A stretch of DNA of 64,000 nt from Candidatus Magasanikiibacteriota bacterium (lineage in GTDB: Bacteria; Patescibacteriota; Patescibacteriia; Magasanikbacterales; UBA922), in contig JBAYJP010000004.1 of assembly GCA_041665025.1 (NCBI GenBank), forward strand, positions 26,311-90,310, in the 5' to 3' direction. This document shows positions 1-10,800 of this stretch, piece after piece. The first letter of the stretch is position 1; the number at the start of each line of letters is the position of its first letter. The translations under genes were made by a program, and so were the position numbers. The notes under the pieces were generated by a model. The model did no database searches. It saw only the letters and a list, made by a program, of their open reading frames with translations, and was not told the DNA's origin.

Positions 1-25
1 AGAATAATTTAGTCATACATTATAT

Positions 26-694
26 ATGAAACGTATTATTATACTCATGGGTGTCCCTGGCAGTGGAAAGGGAACTCAGGCGCGTAAATTAGCTACACGT
101 TATGGTTACGCACACATATCCACTGGCGATTTGTTGCGCGCACTAGACGCAGACCCTCATGGAGATTCAGAAGAAAAGGAATTGTTGGCTGGCATGAAAT
201 CAGGAAAACTTGTTTCAAATAATCTTATATTTAAACTTGCATTTCGTGAGATTGAAAAAAATCTGAAAGCCGGTAAAGGCGTTATATTAGATGGTGCTAT
301 TCGTAGTGTGGAGCAGGCGCAGGAATATGAGAATTTCTTTGTGAAAAATAATGTACGAGATGAAGTTCTTGTCGTTGAAATTAAATTATCCGATGAATCG
401 AGCTGGAACCGTTTAACTAAACGGAAAGTCTGTCCATCATGCGGATTTATACTTCCATATTCGCCGGAAAATGAATTAAAAAAGGAGTGTCCTGAGTGTG
501 GTGGAGAATTAATTGTGCGCAAGGATGATAATCCAGAAACCATTAAACAGCGCATTGCCGATCAGGGCAATAACGCCATTGGTCCGATTTTACATCATTA
601 CCGCACACAGGGTAGACTCATTACGCTTAATGGAGAAAAAAATATAGACGAAGTTGATCAAGACATGACGCAGATTTTGGAAGAAAAAAACTAA
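26..694 (+). CDS. adk: adenylate kinase (long form with Cys4 zinc LID)
   Basis: P-loop GVPGSGKGTQ, then motif ISTGDLLR, and a LID with CPSCG...CPECG. The 222-aa length fits. Confidence 0.93.
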   Translation: MKRIIILMGVPGSGKGTQARKLATRYGYAHISTGDLLRALDADPHGDSEEKELLAGMKSGKLVSNNLIFKLAFREIEKNLKAGKGVILDGAIRSVEQAQEYENFFVKNNVRDEVLVVEIKLSDESSWNRLTKRKVCPSCGFILPYSPENELKKECPECGGELIVRKDDNPETIKQRIADQGNNAIGPILHHYRTQGRLITLNGEKNIDEVDQDMTQILEEKN

Positions 695-732
695 CTGAGC
701 AAAAAATCTTTTTTTGTGATACACTATAGTGT

Positions 733-2019
733 ATGAAGCATGCACTGAAAAAATATTTTATTCCTCACGAAGGAAATAATTATCATCCTCATATTTTGCA
801 TACCAAACGCGCCTTTTTTTATGGTGGCGTCTTTTTAGTTATGAAGGTGGTAGTTATCGTGTTTACATTGTTCTTACCTTCGTATGTATTTGTCATGCCT
901 GATGTGTTGCAAGAGCAACAGGATAAAATTTTGGAACTGACAAATGGTATACGCGCGCGTGAAGGATTGCCTGCGCTAAAACCCCAGACAAAATTGACCG
1001 CGTCGTCTGAATTGAAAGCTGATGATATGGCACAAAAAAGTTATTTTGAACATGAATCTCCAGATGGAAGACGTCTTGCTGACTGGCTTGATGACGTGGG
1101 GTATATCTACAAAGTCGCAGGAGAAAATTTGGCCATGGGCTTTACTGATGCAGAGGATTTGGTAGATGCCTGGGTTGAAAGTCCTACTCATTATGCAAAC
1201 CTTATTGATAAAGAATATACTGAGTTTGGCATTGGGACTAAGGCAGGCGTTTTTGACAAAACTCCTACGGTGTATGTGGCGCAGCATTTTGGTTTGCCCA
1301 GAGAACCTGAAATTGGTCAGCAGGAAATTCCTGCTGTGCTTTCCTCTTCTATTTTTGGAGAAGATAATACCTCGAGTACTACTGCAGACGAGATTTTACA
1401 TACTATTGAAACGTCAAATTTTGCAGATATTATTTTATCAGCAACAGATACACTTTATACTGGTGCAGGATTTGAAACAACTCAAAAACAAGTATTGCCT
1501 CTCGCGGTATATCAAAAAGAAGCATCTCATGTAACATGGAAAGAATTGGAAGTGAACAAAATTCAACTTACCGTACGCGCATATATTGTGGGTGCTTTTG
1601 AGACCGCAGTTGTATATGTAAAAGGATACCCAATAGAATTATTTAGGAGTGAACAGCCATATATATATCAAGGACAAACAACAATTTTTGAAACCAAAGA
1701 CGAATTGTTCAAAGTAGCGCTCATGCCTACGATTTCTATCAAGACCCAGACAGGCGAAATTATTCAAGATACGATTGAGTGGAATTATGTGCCTGTTATA
1801 AGTGTGACGCCGCTTGAGAGATATACACATTCAAAATCTATGTTGTCTTCATTTATGAGTATTTTTGACGTCTCACGAAATATTTATCTTGGGTTTATTA
1901 TATTTTTTAGTATCGCTCTACTATTAAAGATTTTCATTCAAATAAGAAAACAGCATTATCATGTGATTGGACAGACATTACTCCTGATTGGAATGCTTGT
2001 TGTATTGTTTAAGGTATAG
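733..2019 (+). CDS. membrane-anchored CAP/SCP (PR-1-like, YkwD-type) domain protein
   Basis: An N-terminal TM helix, then a CAP-like core (GIRAREGLPAL...HESPDG...VGENLA...WVESPTHYANL), then a C-terminal hydrophobic tail. Confidence 0.6.
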   Translation: MKHALKKYFIPHEGNNYHPHILHTKRAFFYGGVFLVMKVVVIVFTLFLPSYVFVMPDVLQEQQDKILELTNGIRAREGLPALKPQTKLTASSELKADDMAQKSYFEHESPDGRRLADWLDDVGYIYKVAGENLAMGFTDAEDLVDAWVESPTHYANLIDKEYTEFGIGTKAGVFDKTPTVYVAQHFGLPREPEIGQQEIPAVLSSSIFGEDNTSSTTADEILHTIETSNFADIILSATDTLYTGAGFETTQKQVLPLAVYQKEASHVTWKELEVNKIQLTVRAYIVGAFETAVVYVKGYPIELFRSEQPYIYQGQTTIFETKDELFKVALMPTISIKTQTGEIIQDTIEWNYVPVISVTPLERYTHSKSMLSSFMSIFDVSRNIYLGFIIFFSIALLLKIFIQIRKQHYHVIGQTLLLIGMLVVLFKV

Positions 2020-2020
2020 T

Positions 2021-2593
2021 ATGCCGTTTCGCTATGAAAATTTAGATAATGGTTTATTTCATGTATACAATCGTGGTAACCAAAAAGATATTATATTCCA
2101 TAGTCCGCAAGATTATGGATTTTTTATTCGTCAGATGAACATATATCACATTAAATACAATATTACTATTTATTATTATTGCCTCATGCCAAATCATTTC
2201 CACATAGGGTTATCCATTCTTAGTGGACATGACCTTATTCATTTTATGAAACAAGTACAAATGACATATGCATTATATTTACAACGTTCATATAAATGGG
2301 TGGGGCATGTGTTTCAAGGACGCTACAAGACCCGTCGAGTGAAAGATGTACATCAATTTATATATTTATCTTCGTACATTCATCTTAATCCATTTATGGC
2401 AGATATTGTTCATGGATTTGTTGATTGGAGATGGTCGAGTTATCTTGATTATATTGGGTTGAGAAATGGGACATTGGTGCAAAAAGATATGCTTATGCAA
2501 AATTTTATTTCTCCGAGGCACTACCGTGAATGGGTAGAAACTGTAGGAAAAGAGAAGATGACGGATAAACTGTGCGGGTTGATGATTGAATGA
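2021..2593 (+). CDS. IS200/IS605-family Y1 (HUH) transposase, RAYT-like
   Basis: Motifs HVYNRGN...CLMPNHFHIGL (HUH)...FQGRYKTRRV...YIHLNPFMADIV with the typical ~190-aa length. The ATG at 2021 is in frame with the track ORF at 1988. Confidence 0.7.
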   Translation: MPFRYENLDNGLFHVYNRGNQKDIIFHSPQDYGFFIRQMNIYHIKYNITIYYYCLMPNHFHIGLSILSGHDLIHFMKQVQMTYALYLQRSYKWVGHVFQGRYKTRRVKDVHQFIYLSSYIHLNPFMADIVHGFVDWRWSSYLDYIGLRNGTLVQKDMLMQNFISPRHYREWVETVGKEKMTDKLCGLMIE

Positions 2594-2639
2594 TTTTAGA
2601 TCTGACTCGACTTCCGGTGGTGCGCGAATTTGACTTCGC

Positions 2640-2752
2640 GATGTCGTTTTGTGGCTTCGGGAATCTTTAAACAACAATCAGACATTTTAAAAAGAACAGA
2701 CGATTTTTAGTATTAATAAATTCTAAAAAATTCCCGAAACCACAAACGTCTT
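2640..2752. repeat. imperfect inverted repeat (REP-like long hairpin) just downstream of the Y1 transposase
   Basis: cgttttgtggcttcgggaatc at 2643-2663 matches the reverse complement of aattcccgaaaccacaaacg at 2731-2750, with a ~65-nt AT-rich spacer. Confidence 0.5.
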
Positions 2753-3070
2753 AAAATCGCCAGAAATAAAAAATCCAGCCTCTCGCTGGTTTTTAGTTTG
2801 TTTTTACCATGAACCATTCGGTACACGGTTTTTACACCAAATCCCAATCCGCCGTAGCAGATTTTGAGCTCACATACTGCACAGCAGATTGGGTCTGGTA
2901 ACCCCATCATAGGGGACCTTATAAAAAGAACAAAACCACTCTATAGAGCAGGAGATACCACGTACCCAGCGCGGCGTCTCCTTTTGGGTGAGACAACAGT
3001 ATAACACTATATTTTTATTTTGTTTAGCCAAAAATGTTGATAAGTCTACCATTCTTGTCATTCTTGCTTT

Positions 3071-3919
3071 TTGGTGTTAGAATTTAACCATATGGCGTAT
3101 ATAAAAACACAAGAAGAGATCAACCTTATTATTGAGGGCGGGCATATTTTGGGGGAAATACTTGAAAAACTGGGCGCCATGGTGCGTCCGGGTATTTCTG
3201 CGTTTGAAATAGACGGACAGGCAGAAAAGATGATTCGGGAAGCAGGTGGACGCCCGGCGTTCAAAGGCTATCAGGGACGAAAAAGTGACACACCATTTCC
3301 GAGCACTATTTGTGCATGCGTAAATGAAGAATTGGTACATGGTATTGCAACAAGAGACAAAATTTTGAAAGATGGGGATATTTTTAGTATCGATATTGGC
3401 ATGGAATACCCAACAGGAAATTCAAAATTCAAAATTCAAAATTCAAAATTAAAGAGAGGTTATTTTACTGATACGGCTTTGACTGTTGTAGTGGGTAAGG
3501 TCCCAGAGAAGACCAAGCAGCTTTTGAATGTTACAAAAAAATCTTTAGAAATTGGCATCAAGCAATGCGTCGTGGGGAACACTGTTGCAGACATTGGCCG
3601 TGCCATACAAGATTATGTTGAACCCCAAGGATATGGCATTGTGCGCGATCTTGTTGGACATGGAGTGGGGCACGCAGTACATGAAGAACCGCGTGTGCCA
3701 AATTACTATGATCCAAAACTTGAACAATGGGAATTGCGTGCTGGTGTGGTCATAGCTATTGAACCTATGGTGACGATGGGACATTATGGCGTAGAAACAG
3801 CAGACGATGGGTGGAGCATTGTCACCGCAGACAAGAAATTATGTGCGCATTTTGAACATACTGTTATTATTACTGAAGGTGGCCCTGTCGTAGTCACACG
3901 TAGGCCGAACGAACGTTAG
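3071..3919 (+). CDS. map: methionine aminopeptidase type I
   Basis: ICACVNEELVHG, the metal ligands D..D, HGVGHAVHEEP and HFEHTV motifs. An insert at 3418-3450 carries a 7-nt tandem repeat. Confidence 0.9.
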   Translation: MVLEFNHMAYIKTQEEINLIIEGGHILGEILEKLGAMVRPGISAFEIDGQAEKMIREAGGRPAFKGYQGRKSDTPFPSTICACVNEELVHGIATRDKILKDGDIFSIDIGMEYPTGNSKFKIQNSKLKRGYFTDTALTVVVGKVPEKTKQLLNVTKKSLEIGIKQCVVGNTVADIGRAIQDYVEPQGYGIVRDLVGHGVGHAVHEEPRVPNYYDPKLEQWELRAGVVIAIEPMVTMGHYGVETADDGWSIVTADKKLCAHFEHTVIITEGGPVVVTRRPNER

Positions 3920-4004
3920 GTAAACTATTTGAAATTGGGTATTGGGTTAAGAAACCAGAAAAATTTTCTGGTATCCTAACCTATCGCCTTAATTCATTTA
4001 CATT

Positions 4005-4385
4005 ATGAATATACTATCCATTGACTACGGCACAAAAAACATCGGCCTGGCCTGGTGCGATTCAGCTCTTGGTGTTGTTTTGCCGTATGGTAATGTAGAT
4101 GCAAAAAAATGGAAAATTGAAATAGTGAAATTGATTGAAACTGAAAAAATACACAAGGCTGTTGTTGGTTTGCCTGTTGGGCTTGATGGAAAAGAAAATG
4201 AAAATACAAAACGAGTTAGAAATTTTGCTGATGAATTAAGAAAGCTCGCAGATATTCCTATAGAATTTATCGATGAACGATTTAGTTCACATGCGGCAGA
4301 TAGGATGGGTGAGGGTGGGGCCAGTAGAGATGAAAGGGCGGCGATGATAATATTGCAAACGTATTTAGACAAATTAAAGAAGTGA
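4005..4385 (+). CDS. ruvX: YqgF/RuvX-like putative Holliday junction resolvase / pre-16S rRNA nuclease
   Basis: ILSIDYGTKNIGLA start, 126 aa, RNase H-like fold pattern. Confidence 0.8.
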   Translation: MNILSIDYGTKNIGLAWCDSALGVVLPYGNVDAKKWKIEIVKLIETEKIHKAVVGLPVGLDGKENENTKRVRNFADELRKLADIPIEFIDERFSSHAADRMGEGGASRDERAAMIILQTYLDKLKK

Positions 4386-4458
4386 TTTTATCTCAATGTA
4401 TCTAAACCTATCTCAATATATATAGAGATACATGGAGATAAGTTGAGATAGTAACTGT

Positions 4459-5073
4459 ATGTTATCCATTGTATTAGCCCGCCGTGATTTCCGCGAATAC
4501 GATCAGATCATCTCAGTGTATACGCGTCAAGAAGGTAAACACGAATTACTTGCGCGGGGAGTAAAAAAAATTACATCAAAAAATTCGGCTCACTTAGAGC
4601 CGTTTTCTATCGTAGATATAGAAATTGCACACGGCAAGGAAATTGATCATGTTACCAAAGTCCAGCCAGTTGAATATTTTGCGAATATCAGAAATAATCT
4701 TGAAAAAAGTTTGATGGCGGGGTATGTTGTCTCATTGCTGAACACATTGTTGCGTGAAAAAGAAAAAGATGAACATTTGTTTGATATGACTTTCTCGTTG
4801 TTTGAGTTTATTAATTTTCAATTTTCAATTTTCAATTTTCAAGTCTTACTTGATAGTTTTGTAGTTAAATTTTTGAAATGTTTAGGATTTTCTATGTTTG
4901 AGAGTTCTGGTATTGAAAAGTGGAAAGATATATTACAGATCATGGAAAATGGAGATTTGGAAGAAGTAAACAAACTAGAATACGATGAACATTTGCATAG
5001 AAAAATATATGAGTTTCTAGTATATCAAACAGAGCGGAAAGTGCCAGATTGGGCTAAAACTTGCATATTTTAG
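4459..5073 (+). CDS. recO: DNA repair protein RecO (short form)
   Basis: N-terminal OB-fold pattern ARRDFREYDQIISVYT...GVKK. Contains a 7-nt x4 tandem repeat at 4816-4843. Confidence 0.65.
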   Translation: MLSIVLARRDFREYDQIISVYTRQEGKHELLARGVKKITSKNSAHLEPFSIVDIEIAHGKEIDHVTKVQPVEYFANIRNNLEKSLMAGYVVSLLNTLLREKEKDEHLFDMTFSLFEFINFQFSIFNFQVLLDSFVVKFLKCLGFSMFESSGIEKWKDILQIMENGDLEEVNKLEYDEHLHRKIYEFLVYQTERKVPDWAKTCIF

Positions 5074-5177
5074 AGAAAAACGATAAGATAAAGCACGTAT
5101 CACATAACACATATCACATATCACATATCAAAATTGTTAAGTGTTACGTGATAAGTGTTATGTGATAATAAAATTTT

Positions 5178-6473
5178 ATGCAACAAACATTAATTAAGGA
5201 TTTACATAACCACGTCGGTGAATCCGTCACGCTCAAGGGGTGGCTCTATAACAAACGATCTTCTGGTAAAATCGCATTTTTGGAAGTACGCGACGGAACA
5301 GGGTTTATCCAGGCCGTAGCAGTCAAAGATACGTTGAGTGAACAAATCTGGGCAGATGTTGAAAAAACAACGCAAGAATCTTCCATTATTGTTACTGGTA
5401 GTGTTACTAAGCACCCAAAGAAAGAAGGGGTTTACGAATTACAAATTACGAATTACCAATTAGTCCAACAAGCAGAAGATTATCCTATTGCGCTCAAAGA
5501 TCATGGGCCAGAATTTTTATTGGATAACCGCCACTTGTGGCTACGTAGTAAAAGGCAGTGGGCGATTCAGCGGGTTCGTGACACCGTGATTCAAGCAATT
5601 TATGATTTTTATCATGAGAATGGGTTTATAAAAATTGACACGCCGATAATTACACCCAATGCATGTGAAGGTGCGACTACCTTATTTGGTATAGAATATT
5701 TTGATGAGGGAGAGGTATTTTTGTCTCAGTCCGGACAGTTGTATTTGGAAGCGGCGATTATGTCTGTGGGGCGCGGATTTGATTTTGGTCCGACATTTCG
5801 TGCGGAAAAAAGCAAAACAAAACGGCACCTTACTGAATTTTGGATGATGGATGCCGAAGCAGCGTTTGTGGAGCATGAAGAAAGTATGAACATACAAGAA
5901 CAAATGATTTGTTATATCGTAAGACGTTGTTTGGAAACATGCCAGCAAGAATTTGAAATTCTTGAGCGCAACCTTGAGCCATTGAAAAAAATACGATCTC
6001 CATTTACGCGTCTAACCTACACTGAAGCGATTGAGAAGTTGCATGAACTTGGTTCAGATATTAAATTTGGCGAAGATTTGGGAAATGATGATGAAGGATT
6101 ATTGACAAAAGATTCAGACGTGCCGGTCTTTATCCACAAATGGCCAAAAACAATAAAGCCATTTTATATGAAAGTAGATCCAGAAAATTCCGAATTGGTT
6201 TTGAACGATGATTTGATAGGTATAGAAGGCTCAGGAGAACTGATTGGCGGTTCACAGCGCGAAGATGATTATGAAAAATTGAAGTCTGCGATAGAGCATG
6301 AAGGCTTGCAAGGTCCGGAATATCAGTGGTATTTGGATTTGCGTAAATACGGTTCAGTACCACACTCTGGATTTGGTCTAGGTCTTGAACGCACCGTCGG
6401 GTGGGTATGCGGAGTTGAGCATATTCGTGAAACAATTCCATTTCCCCGGATGATAAACAGGGTGAGACCATAA
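5178..6473 (+). CDS. asnS: asparaginyl-tRNA synthetase (class IIb aaRS)
   Basis: An N-terminal OB anticodon-binding domain, then class II motifs [21 protein letters not shown] and [12 protein letters not shown], then a [10 protein letters not shown] tail. The EFWM and GGSQRE motifs favour Asn over Asp specificity. Confidence 0.75.
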   Translation: MQQTLIKDLHNHVGESVTLKGWLYNKRSSGKIAFLEVRDGTGFIQAVAVKDTLSEQIWADVEKTTQESSIIVTGSVTKHPKKEGVYELQITNYQLVQQAEDYPIALKDHGPEFLLDNRHLWLRSKRQWAIQRVRDTVIQAIYDFYHENGFIKIDTPIITPNACEGATTLFGIEYFDEGEVFLSQSGQLYLEAAIMSVGRGFDFGPTFRAEKSKTKRHLTEFWMMDAEAAFVEHEESMNIQEQMICYIVRRCLETCQQEFEILERNLEPLKKIRSPFTRLTYTEAIEKLHELGSDIKFGEDLGNDDEGLLTKDSDVPVFIHKWPKTIKPFYMKVDPENSELVLNDDLIGIEGSGELIGGSQREDDYEKLKSAIEHEGLQGPEYQWYLDLRKYGSVPHSGFGLGLERTVGWVCGVEHIRETIPFPRMINRVRP

Positions 6474-6554
6474 TAATATGTACGAAATACGAAAATACGA
6501 AAGTAAATATGTAATTTTTGTAATTTTGTAATTTTCGTATTTCGTACATAAATT

Positions 6555-7643
6555 ATGCCAAAAAAGAAAAATAAAAAATCACAATCTCACGGTTTACCAG
6601 AAGTATTTCTTGAAAGACTAACCCGTATTGTTGGTCTTTCTTATTTTGAACAGATTAAAAGAACCTTTGTTGAGCGTCCGACTACATTTCGCGTGAATAC
6701 GATAAAAGCAAACCGACAAGAAATCTTGGAAATTCTACAACAGCAGGGGTTTAAAGTACGGCAAGTTCAGTGGTATAAGGACGCTTTTATTTTACTCAAT
6801 AAGACGAAACGCGAATTGACGGATTTGGATATGTATGACGAGGGGAAGATATATATTCAAAGTTTGGCAAGCATGATCCCACCATTAGTCTTGGATCCAC
6901 AACCAGGGGATAGGGTGTTAGATTTGACAGCCGCGCCAGGGAGCAAGACTTCACAGATAGCAGCAATGATGCGTAAACAAGGCGAGCTTGTGGCAAATGA
7001 TAAAAATAAAATACGCTTTTTTAAGTTGAAGCATAATGTTGAAGCGCTGGGTGTGGCGGAATTGGCTCTCCCCCTACAAGGGGGAGCAAGAGGGGGTCTG
7101 GATTACAAAAAAACGTCTAGTGATATTATAGACCCCTCCCAACCTCTCCTTGTAGGGGAGGAGTCATGGAAGTTCAATCTTCGCATGGAAGACGGTTATC
7201 ATCTGTGCAAAGAGTACCCCGAATATTTTGATAAAATAATCCTTGATGCACCATGCAGTGCCGAGACGCGTTTTGTCGAGACAAATATAAAGACATATGG
7301 ATATTGGAAAGAGAATAAAATAAAGGAAATGGTCTTTGCCCAACGCGGTTTGTTATTTGCCGCATGGAGTGCGCTCAAGCCTGGGGGGACGCTTGTGTAT
7401 TCTACGTGCACCTTTGCTCCAGAAGAAAACGAATTACAGATAACTAGATTTTTGGAGAAAATTACTAATGTTGAAATATGTAATATCGATGTCATAGATA
7501 TTAAAAAATTATTTATCGTTAAAGAATGGAAAGGGAGGGACATCGATAAAAACGTACAAAAAAAAGCGCTTCGTATTATGCCATCGAACGAGATTGAAGG
7601 GTTTTTTGTGGTTAAATTAAAGAAACTCGTAATTCATAATTAG
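6555..7643 (+). CDS. NOL1/NOP2/Sun-family rRNA m5C methyltransferase (RsmB/RsmF-like)
   Basis: SAM motif DLTAAPGSKTSQ and the catalytic motifs DAPCSAE and STCT. Carries an in-frame GC-rich palindromic insert at 7066-7163. Confidence 0.8.
   Translation: MPKKKNKKSQSHGLPEVFLERLTRIVGLSYFEQIKRTFVERPTTFRVNTIKANRQEILEILQQQGFKVRQVQWYKDAFILLNKTKRELTDLDMYDEGKIYIQSLASMIPPLVLDPQPGDRVLDLTAAPGSKTSQIAAMMRKQGELVANDKNKIRFFKLKHNVEALGVAELALPLQGGARGGLDYKKTSSDIIDPSQPLLVGEESWKFNLRMEDGYHLCKEYPEYFDKIILDAPCSAETRFVETNIKTYGYWKENKIKEMVFAQRGLLFAAWSALKPGGTLVYSTCTFAPEENELQITRFLEKITNVEICNIDVIDIKKLFIVKEWKGRDIDKNVQKKALRIMPSNEIEGFFVVKLKKLVIHN
7066..7163. repeat. GC-rich palindromic element in frame inside the rsmB-like CDS
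   Basis: ctccccctacaagggggag and ccttgtaggggagg inverted pairs plus a gggggtct...agacccc hairpin. Local GC is far above the surrounding CDS. Confidence 0.5.
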
Positions 7644-7716
7644 TAATTAGCAATCTTTTAGCACCTACCTGGTGGCAGGCAGATTATAATCTTTAATCTT
7701 TATTTTTCAATTTTAA

Positions 7717-7750
7717 ATACCACCTTATTTTGGGTGGTATTTTGTTTTTG
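7717..7750 (+). terminator. rho-independent terminator after rsmB-like gene
   Basis: ataccacc/ggtggtat stem followed by tttgtttttg. Confidence 0.6.
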
Positions 7751-7811
7751 TAAATGCGGGGTGCCAGCATATTTGAATAACCAACAAAAAGTGGATAACA
7801 TCATAGTTTGT

Positions 7812-7855
7812 TAAGCGAAAATATGGTATACTTAGACCATCATTTATGGTATACT
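7812..7855 (+). promoter_or_regulatory. putative promoter with duplicated extended -10 (TGGTATACT) upstream of the T4SS-like operon
   Basis: atggtatact occurs twice, at 7815 and 7842. The same TGGTATACT is seen at 61904 upstream of nrdR. Confidence 0.35.
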
Positions 7856-7877
7856 AAGGTACGAATAAAAAAATACC

Positions 7878-10800
7878 ATGCGACCATATTTTTTGAAGAG
7901 CGTTGCTCAGATAAAGGCGCGCTTATCTTCAATACTTCGGGTACAAAGAAACCGCTATTTTGCCGGTATATTTTTTGTATTTTGTATTACCATCGGATTA
8001 TTGTTTGTATCTCCTTCAAAAGCAGTTGAAGGCGTGAGTTGGCTTGTCGAGGGAGCTTCGTGGATGATACTTGGTATTGCACAAATTTGTATTGCATTGA
8101 CCGTATTTTTCTTGCGGTTTTTTATCACGCTTGCCAGTTACAACAATTATATTGACACCGCTGTAGTACAGCTTGGCTGGACTATGGTGCGCGATGTTGC
8201 CAACATGTTTTTCGTAGTGGCGCTTCTTGTTATCGCTTTTGCTACCATTTTGGGACTCGAACAATATGAATGGAAAAAAGGCTTAGCAAAGCTCATCATG
8301 ATGGCGCTTTTTATTAATTTTAGCAATCTTATTGCGCAGCTCATTATTGATGTCGCGCATGTATTTACCATTACCTTTCTCAATGCAGTATCAGCTACAG
8401 CCGGCGGGAACCTGATAAACATGTTTCAATTGCAGAATATTACGAGCATGGTGTTAAGTTCTGATACATCCCAACTACAGTTTGGCACAACCCCCGAAGG
8501 AGCAAGTACTGCAGTATTTATTGGGGTTGTGGTTGCTGCGTTATTTGCGATCATGGCTGCAGTTGCTATGGGTTCGTATGTGGTCGTCATGGCTATACGC
8601 GTGGTCGTATTGTGGGCTTTGATTATTTTGTCTCCTTTGGCGTATTTGCTTGCTGCCATGCCAAAAGGAGAAAAATATGCACAGCAATGGTGGAGCGAAT
8701 TTAGCAAACATGTTCTTGTGGCTCCGGTTATGGTATTTTTTCTGTGGCTTGCATTTGCGACCCTTGGTTCAGGGCAGATTTTACAAGAAATTCAAAATAA
8801 TGATCCAGCAGTGGTGCGCTTGCAGCAGACAAATGAAGCTGCCTCTATCTCAATTACCAAAGTATCGACGTGGGAGAACATGGCAAATTATTTGATTGCC
8901 TTTTTCTTTCTTATGATGGGTATCAAGATGACACAAGAGACAGGGGCCCAAGGAGCTGGGCTTGTGGGCGGAGCAGCAAACTTTGGAAAGAAAGTTGCAA
9001 CTATTGCGACGGGGTATGCGGCGGGTAGGTGGTTGGCCGGGAAGGCTGGGAAAGGTGCCGTGGCAGGGCTTAAAGGTGCCGCATATTATATGCCGGGTGT
9101 TGGTGGAAGGAGAATTGAGACTGCGCTAAAAACAGCTAAAGCAAATATTAAAGCAGGGTGGTATCGTAAAGGTGCAGGTATAACCGGAAAGGGTGTGATG
9201 GCACAGTCAGCACAAGCTAAGAAGGCACAGGAACTTGAAGAAATTGAGACAAAATTAAAAGATGAGAGTCTTGATAAGGGTGAGCGAGCTAAACTTGAGG
9301 AACGTAAAACTCAATTAACCGAAGGACATGCGCTTAGTGATAAAGAGCGACAAGAAGCTGCAAATGAGGCAGAAAAAAAAGGCATAAAACAAGGTAAATC
9401 TGAAAAAGAAATAGCGAGTATGAAACGCGATGCTGTCATGGAAGCAGAATTGGACGCTATGGGTACCAAAGGACTTCACGAAGTGGTTGGACAAGAATCA
9501 AGCGGTAAGAAGCATGGGGTTATCGGGTGGCTCGCACGCCGTGATGTTTCTCGTATGAAACATCTGAAAAAATCAGAAGGCCAGGCAGAAACTTTGGAAA
9601 AGCTTGCGTTCAAACATATGGGTTCAGAAGCCGGGGGTCTCATATTCAACAAAAAAAGCGCACAAATAAATGCACAAGATCGTTGGGAGCGTGGTTTGCT
9701 TAAGGCTGAAGAACGCAGAAGCAAAGCAAAAGACACAGAATTCGAAACAAAAGGAGAAGAAGCAGGTCTACATGAATCAAGGATAAAGTTTATGCCATCA
9801 GGCAGTACAGACTGGAAAAATCAGGAGAAGATGACTATGGCAGACCAGATAGCGTCCCATGATAGGGGTGCAGGAGCAGCGCAAAAACGCATTGAATCAG
9901 TGCTCAAAACTGCTGATATAAAAATAGATGTGAGTGCGAGTATTGCTGCGAAAGGGTTGGATGTGGAACAAAAGGGCGTGAATGGACTGCTATTATCAGA
10001 TGAACAGGTAGCAATGGAGGAAAAAAAAGCAAAGGCTGAAGAGGATGAGAGGATAATTGTAAAAGAAGTAAACGATAAATACGAACCACAAAGAGACGGC
10101 CTGAAGAAAGAAATGAGAGACGCGGTAGATACTGACCCAGCAGTTGAAGCTGCACAAAAGGCGTTAGATGCATATAGAGAGGAGGGAGGAAAAAGAGACA
10201 AATACCTTGAAACTGAGGAGGGAAAGGCAGAACAAAAAGAACGTGAAGATTCGATTGACGCAAAACTAAAAGCAAATAAAGAATTAGCAGAAGCTATTCG
10301 TAAAGATCCTAATACAAATTTTTCTGATCCAGCTCTTGAGGCTTTGGGGCAAAAATTGAAAAATGCACAAGAGGCACGGAAAACAGCTTTGGTAGATGGA
10401 AATACAAAAGAGGCGACAAAACAAACTGATAACATAAATAAAATAGAAGAAGATATAAAAAAAGCAAAAGAAGATCGTGCAACATTTGAAAAAGAAGAAC
10501 AGAAAGAGCAGGACAGATTATCTTCTCGAAGAGCCATGAAAACAGACGAAGAAGAGCAGTTGGTAAAAGATGTCTCTACAAAGAGAAAAGCTGTTATGGA
10601 AGATGAACAAGGGAAATATAAACTCGCAAAAGCTGAACATGATAAGCTCGGAAAAAGCATGGAGGCAGAGATTGACGATAAAGCCAGAGCACCTCGCGAG
10701 GTGATACGTACGGAAAGACAAAAGTTGAGTGACTATTTGAATGGTAGAGACAAGGATAAAGAAAACCCGGACGGAAAGAAGAAAAAATGGGAAGAATCTC

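Noticed and set aside
1166-1534. 122-aa plus-strand ORF inside the CAP-domain gene in another frame, and similar embedded ORFs (for example 3552-3755, 5202-5414, 18177-18902)
   Set aside because: They are embedded in well-supported genes on the same or opposite strand, with no independent signals.
2594-3070. Possible structured RNA (SRP RNA, RNase P RNA or tmRNA) in the long spacer after the transposase
   Set aside because: I looked for the SRP domain IV motif (GGAA/AGCA loops), the RNase P P4 pseudoknot (AGGAAAGUCCGG) and the tmRNA tRNA-like end, and found none. The hairpins present are better explained as REP-like repeats and a terminator.
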